A stretch of DNA of 64,000 nt, from positions 1 through 64,000 of the forward strand of contig CAVYGB010000004.1 of assembly GCA_963767925.1 (NCBI GenBank), written 5' to 3'. The number at the start of each line of letters is the position of its first letter. Within the stretch, counting starts at the first letter, position 1. The notes beneath the pieces were generated by a model that saw only the letters and a list, made by a program, of their open reading frames with translations, was not told where the DNA came from and made no database searches. This document shows, piece by piece, positions 38,101 through 48,067 of the stretch. The position numbers and the translations under genes are program-made. The DNA is from an uncultured delta proteobacterium. Lineage in GTDB: Bacteria; Myxococcota_A; Polyangia; Fen-1088.

Positions 38101-38129
38101 ATCATCCGGGGGCGCGGCGCACCTGTCAA
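38101..38129 (-). promoter_or_regulatory. Putative housekeeping promoter of ECF sigma 1 (TTGACA-N17-GATGAT)
   Basis: Perfect -35, 17-nt spacer, -10 ends 11 nt before the GTG start, so the mRNA would be nearly leaderless. Confidence 0.55.
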
Positions 38130-38183
38130 TCGACGGTGGGCCTCGGTCTGGCGGCGGGGCGGCGGGGCGCCGGGCGGGCGCCG

Positions 38184-38220
38184 AAAAAAGCAAAACCCCC
38201 GCGGCTTGCGACCGCGAGGG
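38184..38220 (-). terminator. Intrinsic terminator of pilA
   Basis: Minus strand ccctcgcgg-tcgcaag-ccgcggggg followed by ttttgctttttt. Confidence 0.8.
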
Positions 38221-38253
38221 CTAGCTGCTCACCCGGTGGTGAGCGTCGCTCGA

Positions 38254-38793
38254 TTACTCGAGCTCGTTGGTGACCGTCGGGGCGGTGCCGCCGGTGACGT
38301 CGCCGCTGGTGGCGTTGATGAAGCCCAGGCGGACGAAGGTCGAGCGGGTGTCGTCGCAGTCGAGGTCGCCGGTGGCGCCCGCGGTGAAGTCCGAGGCCGA
38401 GTTCGTGCCGGTCGAGATGTAGGTAGGGTAGTAGTTGTACGGATCGGGCAGAGAGAAGTTCAGGGCGATGAAGCCGGCGTGGTTGTAGCGGGCGTCGTTG
38501 CCGGCGCACTTGGCGGCGGCGCCGGTGCAGCAGTCCGTGGTGCCCTCTACCACGCCGTCCGCGGTCGGGAACTGGCGAGCGGTCGTGCCGGCGCCCTGGT
38601 CACCTTCGTAGTAGGCGACCGATCCCTGCCACAGCTTGTTCAGGTGGCCGGCGGCCTCCGCCGTACGGGACTTCTTCACGTAGCGTGAGAAGGCCGGGAT
38701 GGCGATGGCGGCCAGGATGCCGATGATGGCGACGACAATCATCAACTCGACGAGCGTGAAACCTGCGTTCTTCTTGCGTGCTTGTTTGGTCAT
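38254..38793 (-). CDS. pilA: Type IVa major pilin
   Basis: Class III signal [33 protein letters not shown] motif. Confidence 0.92.
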   Translation of the reverse strand: MTKQARKKNAGFTLVELMIVVAIIGILAAIAIPAFSRYVKKSRTAEAAGHLNKLWQGSVAYYEGDQGAGTTARQFPTADGVVEGTTDCCTGAAAKCAGNDARYNHAGFIALNFSLPDPYNYYPTYISTGTNSASDFTAGATGDLDCDDTRSTFVRLGFINATSGDVTGGTAPTVTNELE

Positions 38794-38846
38794 TTTGTCC
38801 GTTCCCCCTTGATTCGGGGGCTCTTCGTCCCCCTGACCCGGAGAGT

Positions 38847-38862
38847 TGCAGCGGATGTGCCA
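38847..38862 (-). promoter_or_regulatory. Sigma54 -24/-12 promoter of pilA
   Basis: TGGCAC-ATCCG-CTGCA, i.e. GG-N10-GC. Confidence 0.8.
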
Positions 38863-38956
38863 GGTCGAGCGGGCCGCAGCGACGGTGCCCCGACGGCCAC
38901 CTCCGCCGCGGCGGTGCTCTTTGCGCTGCCGGCCGGCTCCACGGCCCGGCCGAGAA

Positions 38957-38974
38957 TTGTCATTTCCACGACAA
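38957..38974. promoter_or_regulatory. Putative enhancer-binding-protein (PilR-type) site
   Basis: Palindrome TTGTC-N8-GACAA ~100 bp upstream of the sigma54 promoter. Confidence 0.5.
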
Positions 38975-39157
38975 CTTTTGGGTCGGGCGAGCTTCTTTCC
39001 GTCAGGACATGCTCCGTCTGAGGGGGAACCTGGGCGGCGCGGGCCCCTTCCCTCCCCGGTGTGGCCGCTGCGCCGGCGGGGGCCTACATCGCGTCCGGCG
39101 ATTGCTCGGGCGCCGACATTGTCAGGGTGGGGCAGCACCTGAGATATTGGAGGGGCG

Positions 39158-40828
39158 ATGGCTGAACGGATCTGGGTCAAGCGTTATCCCAAGGGCGTGT
39201 CGGCGGAGATCGACCCCGACAAGTACCGGTCCATCGTCCAGGTGTTCCGGGAAGCGTGCGACCGCTTCGCCAAGCGGCCCTGTTACACGAACCTGGGGGT
39301 GACGCTCACCTTCGCCGAGGTCGACGAGCTGAGCGCCGCGTTCGCCGCGTTCCTCAGCAAAGACCTGGGGCTGGTCAAGGGGGATCGCATCGGCCTGCAG
39401 ATGCCCAACCTCCTGCAGTATCCAGTGGCGCTGTTCGGGGCGCTGCGCGCGGGGCTGGTGGTGGTCAACACGAACCCGCTCTACACCCCGCGGGAGATGG
39501 AGCACCAGTACCGCGACTCCGGGGTCAAGGCGATCGTCATCCTGGCCAACTTCGCCCGCAACCTGCAGGAGGTGCTGCCGGGCCTGCGCCAGTCTGCGGG
39601 CGTGCAGCACGTGATCGTCACCCAGGTGGGAGACCTGTTCCCGGCTGCCAAGCGGATGCTGGTCAACGCCGCGGTCCGCTACATCAAGAAGATGGTCCCG
39701 GCCTACGACCTGCCGGGCGCGATCGACTTCCGCGACGCGCTGGCGCGCGGGCGGCGGCAGGGCGCCCAGCCCGACGTGGAGACCAGTGGGCAGGACGTCG
39801 CCTTCTTGCAATACACCGGCGGCACCACCGGCGTGTCCAAGGGGGCCATCCTCACCCACCGCAACGTCATCGCCAACATGGAGCAGTCGTCGGCCTGGAT
39901 GATCCCCCGCCTCAACCTGGGCGAGGAGGTCATCGTCACGCCGCTGCCGCTCTATCACATCTTCTCGCTGACCGTGAACTGCCTGCTGTTCCTGAAGATC
40001 GGCGCGGAGAACGTGCTCATCACCAACCCCCGGGACTACAAGGCGTTCATCGCCCTGCTGCGCAGCCAGCCCTTCACCGTGATGACAGTGGTGAGCACGC
40101 TGCTCAACGCGCTGATGAACCACCCCGACTTCGCCGGGATCGACCTGAGCCGGGCCAAGCTGATCGTGGCCGGGGCCATGGCCCTGCAGAAGCCGGTGGC
40201 CGAGCGCTGGCGCGAGCTGACCCGCACGACGGTGATCGAGGGCTACGGCTTGACCGAGGCCTCTCCGGTGCTGTGCTGCAACCCGGTCGACGGCAGCGAT
40301 CGCCTGGGGACCATCGGGCTGCCCTTCCCCTCGACCGACATCAAGCTGATGGGCGACGACGGGGTCGAGGCGCCGACCGGCCAGCCGGGCGAGCTCTGCG
40401 CGCGCGGCCCCCAGGTCATGCAGGGCTACTGGAACCGCCCCGAGGAGACCGCCCAGGTGCTGCGCGACGGCTGGCTGTGGACCGGCGACGTCGCCGTGAT
40501 GGAGCCCGACGGCTTCATGCGGATCGTCGACCGCAAGAAGGACATGATCCTCGTCTCGGGCTTCAACGTCTACCCCACCGAGGTGGAGGAGGTGGTGGCC
40601 CAGCACCCCAAGGTCGCCGAGTCCGGCGTCATCGGCGTGCCCGACGAGAAGTCCGGGGAGGCGGTCAAGGTGGTGGTCGTCCGCAAGCAGGACGACCTCA
40701 CCGCCGAGGAGCTGATCGCGTTCTGTCGCACGCGCCTGGCGGCCTACAAGGTCCCCCGCCACGTCGAGTTCCGCACCGAGCTGCCGAAGACCAACGTCGG
40801 CAAGGTCCTCCGCCGCGCTTTGCGCTAG
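39158..40828 (+). CDS. fadD: Long-chain fatty acid-CoA ligase
   Basis: [51 protein letters not shown]. Confidence 0.93.
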   Translation: MAERIWVKRYPKGVSAEIDPDKYRSIVQVFREACDRFAKRPCYTNLGVTLTFAEVDELSAAFAAFLSKDLGLVKGDRIGLQMPNLLQYPVALFGALRAGLVVVNTNPLYTPREMEHQYRDSGVKAIVILANFARNLQEVLPGLRQSAGVQHVIVTQVGDLFPAAKRMLVNAAVRYIKKMVPAYDLPGAIDFRDALARGRRQGAQPDVETSGQDVAFLQYTGGTTGVSKGAILTHRNVIANMEQSSAWMIPRLNLGEEVIVTPLPLYHIFSLTVNCLLFLKIGAENVLITNPRDYKAFIALLRSQPFTVMTVVSTLLNALMNHPDFAGIDLSRAKLIVAGAMALQKPVAERWRELTRTTVIEGYGLTEASPVLCCNPVDGSDRLGTIGLPFPSTDIKLMGDDGVEAPTGQPGELCARGPQVMQGYWNRPEETAQVLRDGWLWTGDVAVMEPDGFMRIVDRKKDMILVSGFNVYPTEVEEVVAQHPKVAESGVIGVPDEKSGEAVKVVVVRKQDDLTAEELIAFCRTRLAAYKVPRHVEFRTELPKTNVGKVLRRALR

Positions 40829-41114
40829 TAGACGTTCCCGAAAGTAGACGGGTTCGCTCGCTGCGGTCGGGCCCGGCTTGCGTGCCGATCACTTGCCGGC
40901 GGTACCCCGCCTCGAACAGTCCCCCCGTCCCCGTCCTCCCGGCGACCGGCGTGCATCTGGCCCCCTCCCACAACTCGGGATCTCTCGAAGCCCCGACCGC
41001 CCCCCCTCGCCTACATCCGCCGCTCGCCGAACACCCTGACGACGTTGCACCCTCGCTTGAATCAGGGGTTCGGCCTCCCGGCCCCCCGGCGCGCCGGGCT
41101 GTTAAAATGCACGC

Positions 41115-42599
41115 GTGGCGGGCGTGACCGGGCTCCTCGATCGGGTTCGTAGCTCGCCTCGCTTCCGGATCTTTGGTGCCTACGTCGTTGCCACCGGCCT
41201 CCAGCGGGTCTCCGGCGTGATCTTGATTCCGATCGCGACCCGGTACATCTCGCCGGTCGAATACGGAATCCTGGCGACCAGCCAGGCCGTCGCCAGTCTC
41301 TTCTTTCTCCTGTGTTTCATGAGCCTGCAGGACCCGCTGTACCTGGAGGCCGTCAAGCATCGGGACAGCGTCGATCGCTTTGCCGCCACGGCCGTCACGT
41401 TACAGCTCCTCCTGCTTGGAACGAGCGTGGCCCTCGCCCTGGCGGTCGGGGCTTTCGTTGGCTCCGAAGCGTTCTTCGGGGTCCCTTTCATGCCGAACCA
41501 GTTCACGGCCCTGCTGGGGACTCTCGTCGGCATCTTTCCGCTGACCTACTTGCAGTTCCTGCAGGCTCGTGACCGGGTCCGGGAGTTCGTGCTCCTCAGC
41601 CTCGGCATGTCCGTGTTGCCCATCGCCCTGACGATCCTGTTCCTGACCGTCTACCGGATGCAGTCGATGGGCTTTCTTCTCGCGACGCTGGCCGGGAATG
41701 CATTGGCGGCCGTGTACGTGATCGCGGTGCTCCTTCGTCCCTGCGGTCTGATCCTCGACCGCACCCTGGCGATACAGATGCTTCGGACCTCGATTCCCCT
41801 GGTGCCGCACAACCTCGCGTACTGGATCCGGACCGCGGTGAACCGATTGCTCCTGGCCAAATACATGGGAACCGCGGAGGCCGGCCTCTTCCATGTCGCC
41901 AACCAGCTCGCCAGCGTTCTGCTCCTGGGTATCGAACCGTTTCGGAGCGCGAACAATCCACGCTTCTTCCGGCTCGTCGGCATGGGAGCCGACCCACAAC
42001 GAATTACCGGAATCTTGCCGGTTTCCCTCGGGGTGTTCGCCTTGCTAGGGCTTGGGCTGAGCCTGTGGGCCAGGGAGGCCTTTCTGCTGGTGGCAGGGGC
42101 CAACTTCCAGGCGGCGCACGTTCTCATTCCCTTCCATTGCACCGCCTTCCTCCTGGTTCTCTTCTACTACAACCTCGTGAACGTCCTTTATCTGCACAAG
42201 CGAGGCTGGCTGCTCTCGATCTCCTCGATCTCGGCCGGCGCCCTCTCGATCCTCGCGAGCTTCTTGCTGGTGAAGACGATGGGCCTCTGGGGGGCTTGCG
42301 TGGCGTTCGTGGTGGCCAATGGCGTCACGACGGGGGCCATCCTGGTCAGCAGCCAGCGCACCCAACCGTTGCCGTGGGCGGTCGGCAAGAGCTTCATCCT
42401 CACCCTCCTCCCGCTGTCCACCTATGCGGTGGAGCGCGGCACGACCCTCGCTCCTTTCGCGATCAGAGGTCTGTTCTTCCTGGGAGGTGTTCTGACCGTG
42501 GCGATCCTTGTGGCGAGGGAGCTGCGGCAGCAACTCTCTCCACCCGTGCCGGTTGCTGAACCTCCTCCGCCCAGCGGGAACGACCCTTCCTCCAGATGA
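41115..42599 (+). CDS. Polysaccharide flippase (Wzx/MOP family)
   Basis: Multi-TM; LIPIATRYISPVEYG; .R.LL.KY.G..EAGLF..A motif. Confidence 0.8.
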   Translation: MAGVTGLLDRVRSSPRFRIFGAYVVATGLQRVSGVILIPIATRYISPVEYGILATSQAVASLFFLLCFMSLQDPLYLEAVKHRDSVDRFAATAVTLQLLLLGTSVALALAVGAFVGSEAFFGVPFMPNQFTALLGTLVGIFPLTYLQFLQARDRVREFVLLSLGMSVLPIALTILFLTVYRMQSMGFLLATLAGNALAAVYVIAVLLRPCGLILDRTLAIQMLRTSIPLVPHNLAYWIRTAVNRLLLAKYMGTAEAGLFHVANQLASVLLLGIEPFRSANNPRFFRLVGMGADPQRITGILPVSLGVFALLGLGLSLWAREAFLLVAGANFQAAHVLIPFHCTAFLLVLFYYNLVNVLYLHKRGWLLSISSISAGALSILASFLLVKTMGLWGACVAFVVANGVTTGAILVSSQRTQPLPWAVGKSFILTLLPLSTYAVERGTTLAPFAIRGLFFLGGVLTVAILVARELRQQLSPPVPVAEPPPPSGNDPSSR

Positions 42600-44601
42600 G
42601 GTATTCGACGGCGCCCGCGCCATAGACGACCGGAAAGCGGCTGACGAGCTGCAGGTCATGCCCGCGGCTGAAATCCTCGAGCAGGCTGGCTGGCAGCGAG
42701 ACGAGGAAACGATGGGGTCCGGCGAGCCAGGCCTGCGCGGCCCGCCAGGTCAGGGACGTGTCGGGGCAGTAGTCGAAGACGATGTGACCCCCTTGGCGAC
42801 AGACTCGAACGGCCTCCTCGAGGTACTCGAGCGTCTGCAGGACGGGCAGGTAGACGAAGACGCCATGGGCATGCACGAGATTGCACGAACCACTCGGCGT
42901 CGGTCGCAACGTCCGTCCGTCGGCGTCGTGACAGACGAGGGAGCTATCGGGCAGGGAGCCATAGGTGGAGCGGAGGTGCCGGATCCAGCCCCTGTTGGTT
43001 TCGTAGACTTCGTAAGATTGCGGACGAGCGCTCACCACGACCTTCTCCAGATACCGCCCGGTGCCCGCGCCGACCTCGCAGACCGAGCGCACCCCTCGAA
43101 ACACCCCCGCCCCCTCCATCGCCTTGATGATGGCGTCGCGCCGGCCCTTCTTGGAGGCGTCGTCCTCCTGGGATTCGAGGTAGTCGCAGACGCTGAGTCC
43201 CCTGCGCTGAGCCGCCTTGACCGTCGAGCGCGCGTCGATGAACCCCAATCCGGCAAATCCCAGGCCACCGGACAGCCTCACGGCGACCGACCGTGCCTTC
43301 TTCTTCGCGGCTCGCCAGAGCCGCGGGCCCAGGGAGCCGAGCACCGTGAGCTCTCTCAGAATCCGGTCCCCTTGATCGCCGGGACGGGTGGAGCGTACCC
43401 CCGAGTCGAGAATGCGACCGATCTCTGCCACGCCTACCTCGGCGGCGCGTCCTGGATTGTAGAGGAGACAGCCAGGGAGCTCGGAGCGACGGCGAGGGTA
43501 CGCCTCGGGATGTGCCAGAATCTCTTCGACCGCGGTCGAGAGCTCCCGGGGACTGGAGACCACGACCCCGAATTCCCGTCCGCCGTTGATGGTGGCCCGA
43601 TTCATTAGCTCCCCCAGGTTCTTCCCCGGGAAGAGCCGCGGCAGCATGTGCTCGTAGTACCTGGGCGTGTCGATGAAGACGACCGGCCGTCCCAGGGCGA
43701 GGAACTCGAAGCTGACGCTGGAGATGCAGGTGACCAGGACGTCTGCGCTGGCCAGAAAGGGGTCGACCTCCAACCCCCTGACCAGCCGGAAGTTCCTGTG
43801 ATCACGCTCGAGCCGGCCAATGACCTCGAACCAATCGATCCCCCCGGTCGCCGCCAGATCGGTGGTCGGCCGCGTGCAGTCGATCGGGAGCTTGGCCAGG
43901 ACGTTGTGATCGGGATTCGAGCACAGAGTGGCGAGAATCTGGACGCCGTATTCGCGCATGGAGGCGCCTTCGTTGAAGGCGGGGGCGTACAGAATCGTCG
44001 GTCTGGTCGGGTCCAGACCGAGCTGGAGGAGGATCTGCTTCCGGTCGAAACGTCCGGAGAGCAGGTCGTCTGACTTCGCATACCCGATCTCGAAGAGCCG
44101 GAGGTGCGGCGGCAGCTCCCGACCGCTGTCGGCGAGGTGCTCGTCGAGCGCGCGCCGTTGCAGCGGGCCGTACAGGAAGAGGGCGTCGTTGGCGACCAGC
44201 GGGTCATATCCGGGCAGCCGAAACGTGAGGCCCTTGGAGGGCTGGCCGTGAAAGAGCGTCAACGTGTAGACCGTGCCCGGACCGGGTACGAACTGCTCAC
44301 TCGTGATGTAGAGGTCGAGCCGGCGAAAGACCGACCAGTGGAGCACCCGGAAGCTGACCGGCAGGATGCGTCCCCGCAGCTCCTCCGGAAAGAGCGCCTC
44401 GAGCTGGCGGGTGGGAACTTCGCGGTGGAAAAGAAGGATCAAGTCGGCGGGTCGGGTGCGGGCGTGGCGAAGGAGCACCGGGCGGATGAACTGCCATTCG
44501 CCGAGGGACGCCAGGTCGTAGCCGATCGCGCGCCGCCCTCCCTTGCCAGGCAGGCACCGCGCAGCCGCGAGAGCCTGGTTCGCGAGCTCCAGGGGGTTCA
44601 T
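42463..44601 (-). CDS. CDP-glycerol glycerophosphotransferase-like (TagB/TagF) domain fused to a class I SAM methyltransferase
   Basis: FHGQPSKG, IGYAKSD.L, ILYAPAF, ADVLVTCISSVSFEFLALGRPVVF; C-terminal VCEVGAGTGRY. Confidence 0.78.
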   Translation of the reverse strand: MNPLELANQALAAARCLPGKGGRRAIGYDLASLGEWQFIRPVLLRHARTRPADLILLFHREVPTRQLEALFPEELRGRILPVSFRVLHWSVFRRLDLYITSEQFVPGPGTVYTLTLFHGQPSKGLTFRLPGYDPLVANDALFLYGPLQRRALDEHLADSGRELPPHLRLFEIGYAKSDDLLSGRFDRKQILLQLGLDPTRPTILYAPAFNEGASMREYGVQILATLCSNPDHNVLAKLPIDCTRPTTDLAATGGIDWFEVIGRLERDHRNFRLVRGLEVDPFLASADVLVTCISSVSFEFLALGRPVVFIDTPRYYEHMLPRLFPGKNLGELMNRATINGGREFGVVVSSPRELSTAVEEILAHPEAYPRRRSELPGCLLYNPGRAAEVGVAEIGRILDSGVRSTRPGDQGDRILRELTVLGSLGPRLWRAAKKKARSVAVRLSGGLGFAGLGFIDARSTVKAAQRRGLSVCDYLESQEDDASKKGRRDAIIKAMEGAGVFRGVRSVCEVGAGTGRYLEKVVVSARPQSYEVYETNRGWIRHLRSTYGSLPDSSLVCHDADGRTLRPTPSGSCNLVHAHGVFVYLPVLQTLEYLEEAVRVCRQGGHIVFDYCPDTSLTWRAAQAWLAGPHRFLVSLPASLLEDFSRGHDLQLVSRFPVVYGAGAVEYLIWRKGRSRWAEEVQQPARVERVAAAAPSPQGSPRSEHLPGRTDL

Positions 44602-45305
44602 TGAACGGGCGCCTCACCTCGGAGGGCCAGGTCGACGGCGTACCGGGCCAGCTCCGCGCTGGAATCCACCATCGGGAGGAGGGTGTCGAGCTGAGGCAAA
44701 CATGCGAACTCGGTGCAGGCCAGGAGCACCGCCTGGGCGCCCTTGTCGCGCGCCGCCTGCGCGCAGACTTCGGTCATGGTATGGACCGCCGCGCTGGTAA
44801 CCTCGCCCAGCTTGAGGCTCTCGATCACCCGTTCGACCTCACGCTGGACGTCGGCGCCATGATCGACGAGGGCCTTCCCCTGCGCTTCCAGGGCAGCGGC
44901 GTACGTCCGACGTGAATACGTGACGTGTCCACCGAAGACAGCGACCCTGCTGGCTTCGGGAGATCTTTGGGCGAGGGCCGCCGCCGCGATGTCACGGATG
45001 TCGAGCAGCCGGACGCGAAGCTGCGGCTGGATCTCCGGTAGGAAGATGACCGCGCTGTTGCAGGGCACAGCGATGAAGTCCACCGGGTACGCCTCCAGCT
45101 TGCGACAGCTCTCGAGCATGGCCGGAGCAGGAGAGGCCTCGCCGAACAGGACGTGCCGGGTACGGCTCGGGATGTGAGGGTTGTCGTCGATGATGATCCG
45201 GACATGCTCCCAGTCCTTCCTGGCGGGCGTTGCCTGCAAGAGGCTGCGGAAGAAGGCCAGGGTCGCATACGGGCCCATGCCGCCGAGGACGCCGATCGTC
45301 CGCAT
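44598..45305 (-). CDS. Asp/Glu-family PLP-independent amino acid racemase
   Basis: IGVLGGMGPYAT; catalytic Cys pair PCNSA and LACTE. Confidence 0.9.
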   Translation of the reverse strand: MRTIGVLGGMGPYATLAFFRSLLQATPARKDWEHVRIIIDDNPHIPSRTRHVLFGEASPAPAMLESCRKLEAYPVDFIAVPCNSAVIFLPEIQPQLRVRLLDIRDIAAAALAQRSPEASRVAVFGGHVTYSRRTYAAALEAQGKALVDHGADVQREVERVIESLKLGEVTSAAVHTMTEVCAQAARDKGAQAVLLACTEFACLPQLDTLLPMVDSSAELARYAVDLALRGEAPVQ

Positions 45306-45315
45306 CGGTCGCCTG

Positions 45316-46113
45316 TCATGAAAGGTGGAAGCGGAGGAAGTCATGGCTAAAGTCCAGGGTTTCGCCGCTGGGACGAAACACGCTCGAAGAAAGTCCCGTG
45401 AGGACCCGCAGGAGGGCAAATGAGCCGGGCGACGTGGCTTTCACACACCACCTGGCCAGGCGGGAGCGGAGGAGGAGCTGAACAGGCCAGGGGAAGACCA
45501 GGAATCGATAGCTCGGGCGCTGATAGTCGCACTTCAGGCCAGCCCGTTCGAACAGCCGGATCAGCTCCGGTCCGGTCCGATAGATCGAGAAGTAGTGGGC
45601 TGTATCCGTGACGGTGCGGGCCCGTCTGTGCAGGGTGCTTCGATCGACCACCAGGGCCCCGGGCGACAGCCTGCGAACCAGGCCCTGCAGGGCCGCGACG
45701 AGCTCTTCATCGCGAAGATACTGGGTCACGCCGCTCAGATAGAGAATGTCGACGGGAACCGCCGGCGCGTATTCGGTGGCGGATGCCTCGACGAGGGTCA
45801 CGTTCAGGAGTTCCAGCTCACGCGCTCTCTGGCGCGCGACTTCGAGAGCTTCGTGGGAGAAATCGACGCCGATATACTGCTTCACGAGCCCGGCGAGGGA
45901 CGCCACCCATCGCCCGGTACCGCAACCAAGCTCGACGACCGTCGCCTGGTCGTGGAAGGGAATGATCCGGAGCAGATGCGCGAGCTCTTCGTGATGTCGG
46001 TAGAGAACCTCTGTCTGTCCTGCTCCGCCAATCCCGGCGACGCCAGCGATCTCGGGCTGCCGGCTCGTCTCGCTGGCCCAGAAGGCCAGGTTCACGCGCC
46101 CCGGCGCCGTCAT
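45316..46113 (-). CDS. Class I SAM-dependent methyltransferase
   Basis: VVELGCGTGRW, GVDFS; ATGA coupling to the upstream gene. Confidence 0.88.
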   Translation of the reverse strand: MTAPGRVNLAFWASETSRQPEIAGVAGIGGAGQTEVLYRHHEELAHLLRIIPFHDQATVVELGCGTGRWVASLAGLVKQYIGVDFSHEALEVARQRARELELLNVTLVEASATEYAPAVPVDILYLSGVTQYLRDEELVAALQGLVRRLSPGALVVDRSTLHRRARTVTDTAHYFSIYRTGPELIRLFERAGLKCDYQRPSYRFLVFPWPVQLLLRSRLARWCVKATSPGSFALLRVLTGLSSSVFRPSGETLDFSHDFLRFHLS

Positions 46114-47324
46114 GCTGCGCCGTCCGGGGAGCCGAGAATCAAACGGGGGACCACCTCCAACGACGAGATGGGTGGGGTCGCCAGACACGATGGCTCCGTG
46201 AAGGGGTGGCCGCTGGCGGTGTTCAACCCGGCGCCATGAGCGGCGTAGGGGACGAGATCGCCCGTGTGTTTGCCGTCGCGGCACCGGGTGTTGTGGTCGC
46301 CACAGACCACCAGGCGGTAGTTGCCCTTGTGGGCGCTCTCCAGCTCTCGCAGGATCGGGCCGAGGATGAGCGCGTCCGCCTTCTCGATGGCCGTGACCTT
46401 TCCTCTGAAGCTCCGCTGATGCGCCTCCTCGTCGGTGGCATTGAGGTGCGTGAGCACCAGATCGAAATCACGCAGGTACCGCAGCGTGTATTCCGCCTTC
46501 GCCTGATAGTTCGTGTCGATGTAACCGGTCGCGCCGGGGATGACATCGAAGTGGATGCCGGCGGCCATCGAGATACCGTGCAGGAAATCGAGGCCGCCCA
46601 CGCAGGCCGCGCGGAGCCCGGTGCGACTCTTGAATGTGGGCCAGACCGGTTTTCGGGAGGGGCTCCAGACCCAGAGCATGTTCGCCTCGATACCTTCCGG
46701 CAGATCCATGCCGGCGATCTGGCGCTGCGAATCCAGCAAGAACCTCCGCAAGTCCTCACATAGGTTGCGCGTCTTGCCCTCATCCGTGGTGGGCAGGTTG
46801 GCGCCGACCGGCTCTCCGATCCGCATATGGGGTTCCCCGCACCTGAGCGTCATCGGATCGACGCCCGTCCGGCGGATGATGAGGAGGTTTCGATAGCTTT
46901 GCCCGGGATACAGCTCCCAGTCGTCGAACGGGAGCTTGACCTTCGAAATCAGGGTGCGCGCGTCGCTGTCGCTGATCAGGCCGGCGGTGAAGTCGGTGAG
47001 GATCTGCTGTTCCAGGTCGACCGTGATCGTGTTGCAGCGGAGGATCAAGTCCTGGGGGTCGAGGGGGATCCCCTTCGCCATCGCCTCGAAGCCGGCCCGC
47101 CCGCCCGGGTAGTAGGCGCTCGGCTCGTACCCGAGCAGGCCCATGATGCACACCATGCTCTCGATCGGGTAGCCCGGAAACGTCGTTTGCAGGCAACCGA
47201 TCCGGCCCCGGCTGGCGATGTAATGCAGGTTGGGAGCAAAGGCCGCTTCCAGTGGGGTTCGGTGTCCCAGTTCGGGAATGGGATCGTCACCGAGCCCATC
47301 CAGAATCACGAGGACCGTCTTCAT
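46110..47324 (-). CDS. Cofactor-independent phosphoglycerate mutase family (ApgM-like) metalloenzyme
   Basis: ILDGLGD..TPLEAA..PNL; ATDEEAH; CGDH.T....KHT.D.VP. Confidence 0.85.
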   Translation of the reverse strand: MKTVLVILDGLGDDPIPELGHRTPLEAAFAPNLHYIASRGRIGCLQTTFPGYPIESMVCIMGLLGYEPSAYYPGGRAGFEAMAKGIPLDPQDLILRCNTITVDLEQQILTDFTAGLISDSDARTLISKVKLPFDDWELYPGQSYRNLLIIRRTGVDPMTLRCGEPHMRIGEPVGANLPTTDEGKTRNLCEDLRRFLLDSQRQIAGMDLPEGIEANMLWVWSPSRKPVWPTFKSRTGLRAACVGGLDFLHGISMAAGIHFDVIPGATGYIDTNYQAKAEYTLRYLRDFDLVLTHLNATDEEAHQRSFRGKVTAIEKADALILGPILRELESAHKGNYRLVVCGDHNTRCRDGKHTGDLVPYAAHGAGLNTASGHPFTEPSCLATPPISSLEVVPRLILGSPDGAA

Positions 47325-48067
47325 GAGAACAGGCGCTCCGCGACCTCGAGATCGGCTGGCGTATCGATCTCTGCCCAGCGGCAGCCCGCGACATCGACTG
47401 CCTGGACCTCCCCCTCGGCGAGGTGGTCGCGGAGGATCAGGTCGTAGTAGTCGCCGCTGCGCTGGGCTTCCATGCCGAGCCGCAGCCAGCCACGGACCTT
47501 GTTGACCCCCTCGCGGGTCAGGCGAAGGACGCCGATCGATTTGCTCTGACCCGACCGCAGCAGGCTGAGGTCCCGCACGATCTCCACCGAGACCGCTCGT
47601 CCATCGCGGCTGGCTTCCACATAGGAGCCATCGAGGTGGCGAAGCGAGGAATCCACGTACCAGAGAATGCCCCCCGGCCTCGCCAGGCTCAGGAGCGCGT
47701 GGTCGAAGAAGACATCCCCCTCCAGCACCCAGGTCGCTTCTTTCTGATGTTCCAGCCCGAGGGCGAGGCTATACATGCTGTTGGTGGTTCGATACTGCGG
47801 GTTCTCGATGTAGCGAACCGACATCCCCAGAAAGCGATTCGAGATCAGCGTTCGAACCATGTCGGCCAGGTGACCGACAACGATCGTGACGGACGTGCAG
47901 CCGTGGGCCGACAGACCTCGCAAGGTGTTCTCGAGGATCCGACGCCCTCTGACCTCGGCGAAACACTTGGGGTGGGAGTCGGTGAAGGGGCGAAGACGCT
48001 TTCCCTCACCGGCGACGAGAACGATCGCCTGCCGGGGAGGGCTGCCGGTCTCCGCCGGGTGGTTCAT
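47321..48067 (-). CDS. Nucleotidyltransferase, LicC/phosphocholine cytidylyltransferase-like
   Basis: VAGEGKRLRPFT..HPKC; NPQYRTTNSMYSL; EGDVFFD; WAEIDTPADL. Confidence 0.85.
   Translation of the reverse strand: MNHPAETGSPPRQAIVLVAGEGKRLRPFTDSHPKCFAEVRGRRILENTLRGLSAHGCTSVTIVVGHLADMVRTLISNRFLGMSVRYIENPQYRTTNSMYSLALGLEHQKEATWVLEGDVFFDHALLSLARPGGILWYVDSSLRHLDGSYVEASRDGRAVSVEIVRDLSLLRSGQSKSIGVLRLTREGVNKVRGWLRLGMEAQRSGDYYDLILRDHLAEGEVQAVDVAGCRWAEIDTPADLEVAERLFS

Noticed and set aside
32507..38129. Type III-E CRISPR (Craspase) locus
   Set aside because: No Cas7-11, other cas genes or repeat-spacer array in the window; the resemblance is an analogy only.
40829..41114. Possible tRNA/ncRNA or att site at the glycan island edge
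   Set aside because: No cloverleaf, T-loop consensus or matching direct repeat near 48100-48240 was found by eye.
44598..48067. Phosphonate biosynthesis cluster
   Set aside because: No PEP mutase (EDK..PK.NS motif) seen in the window.
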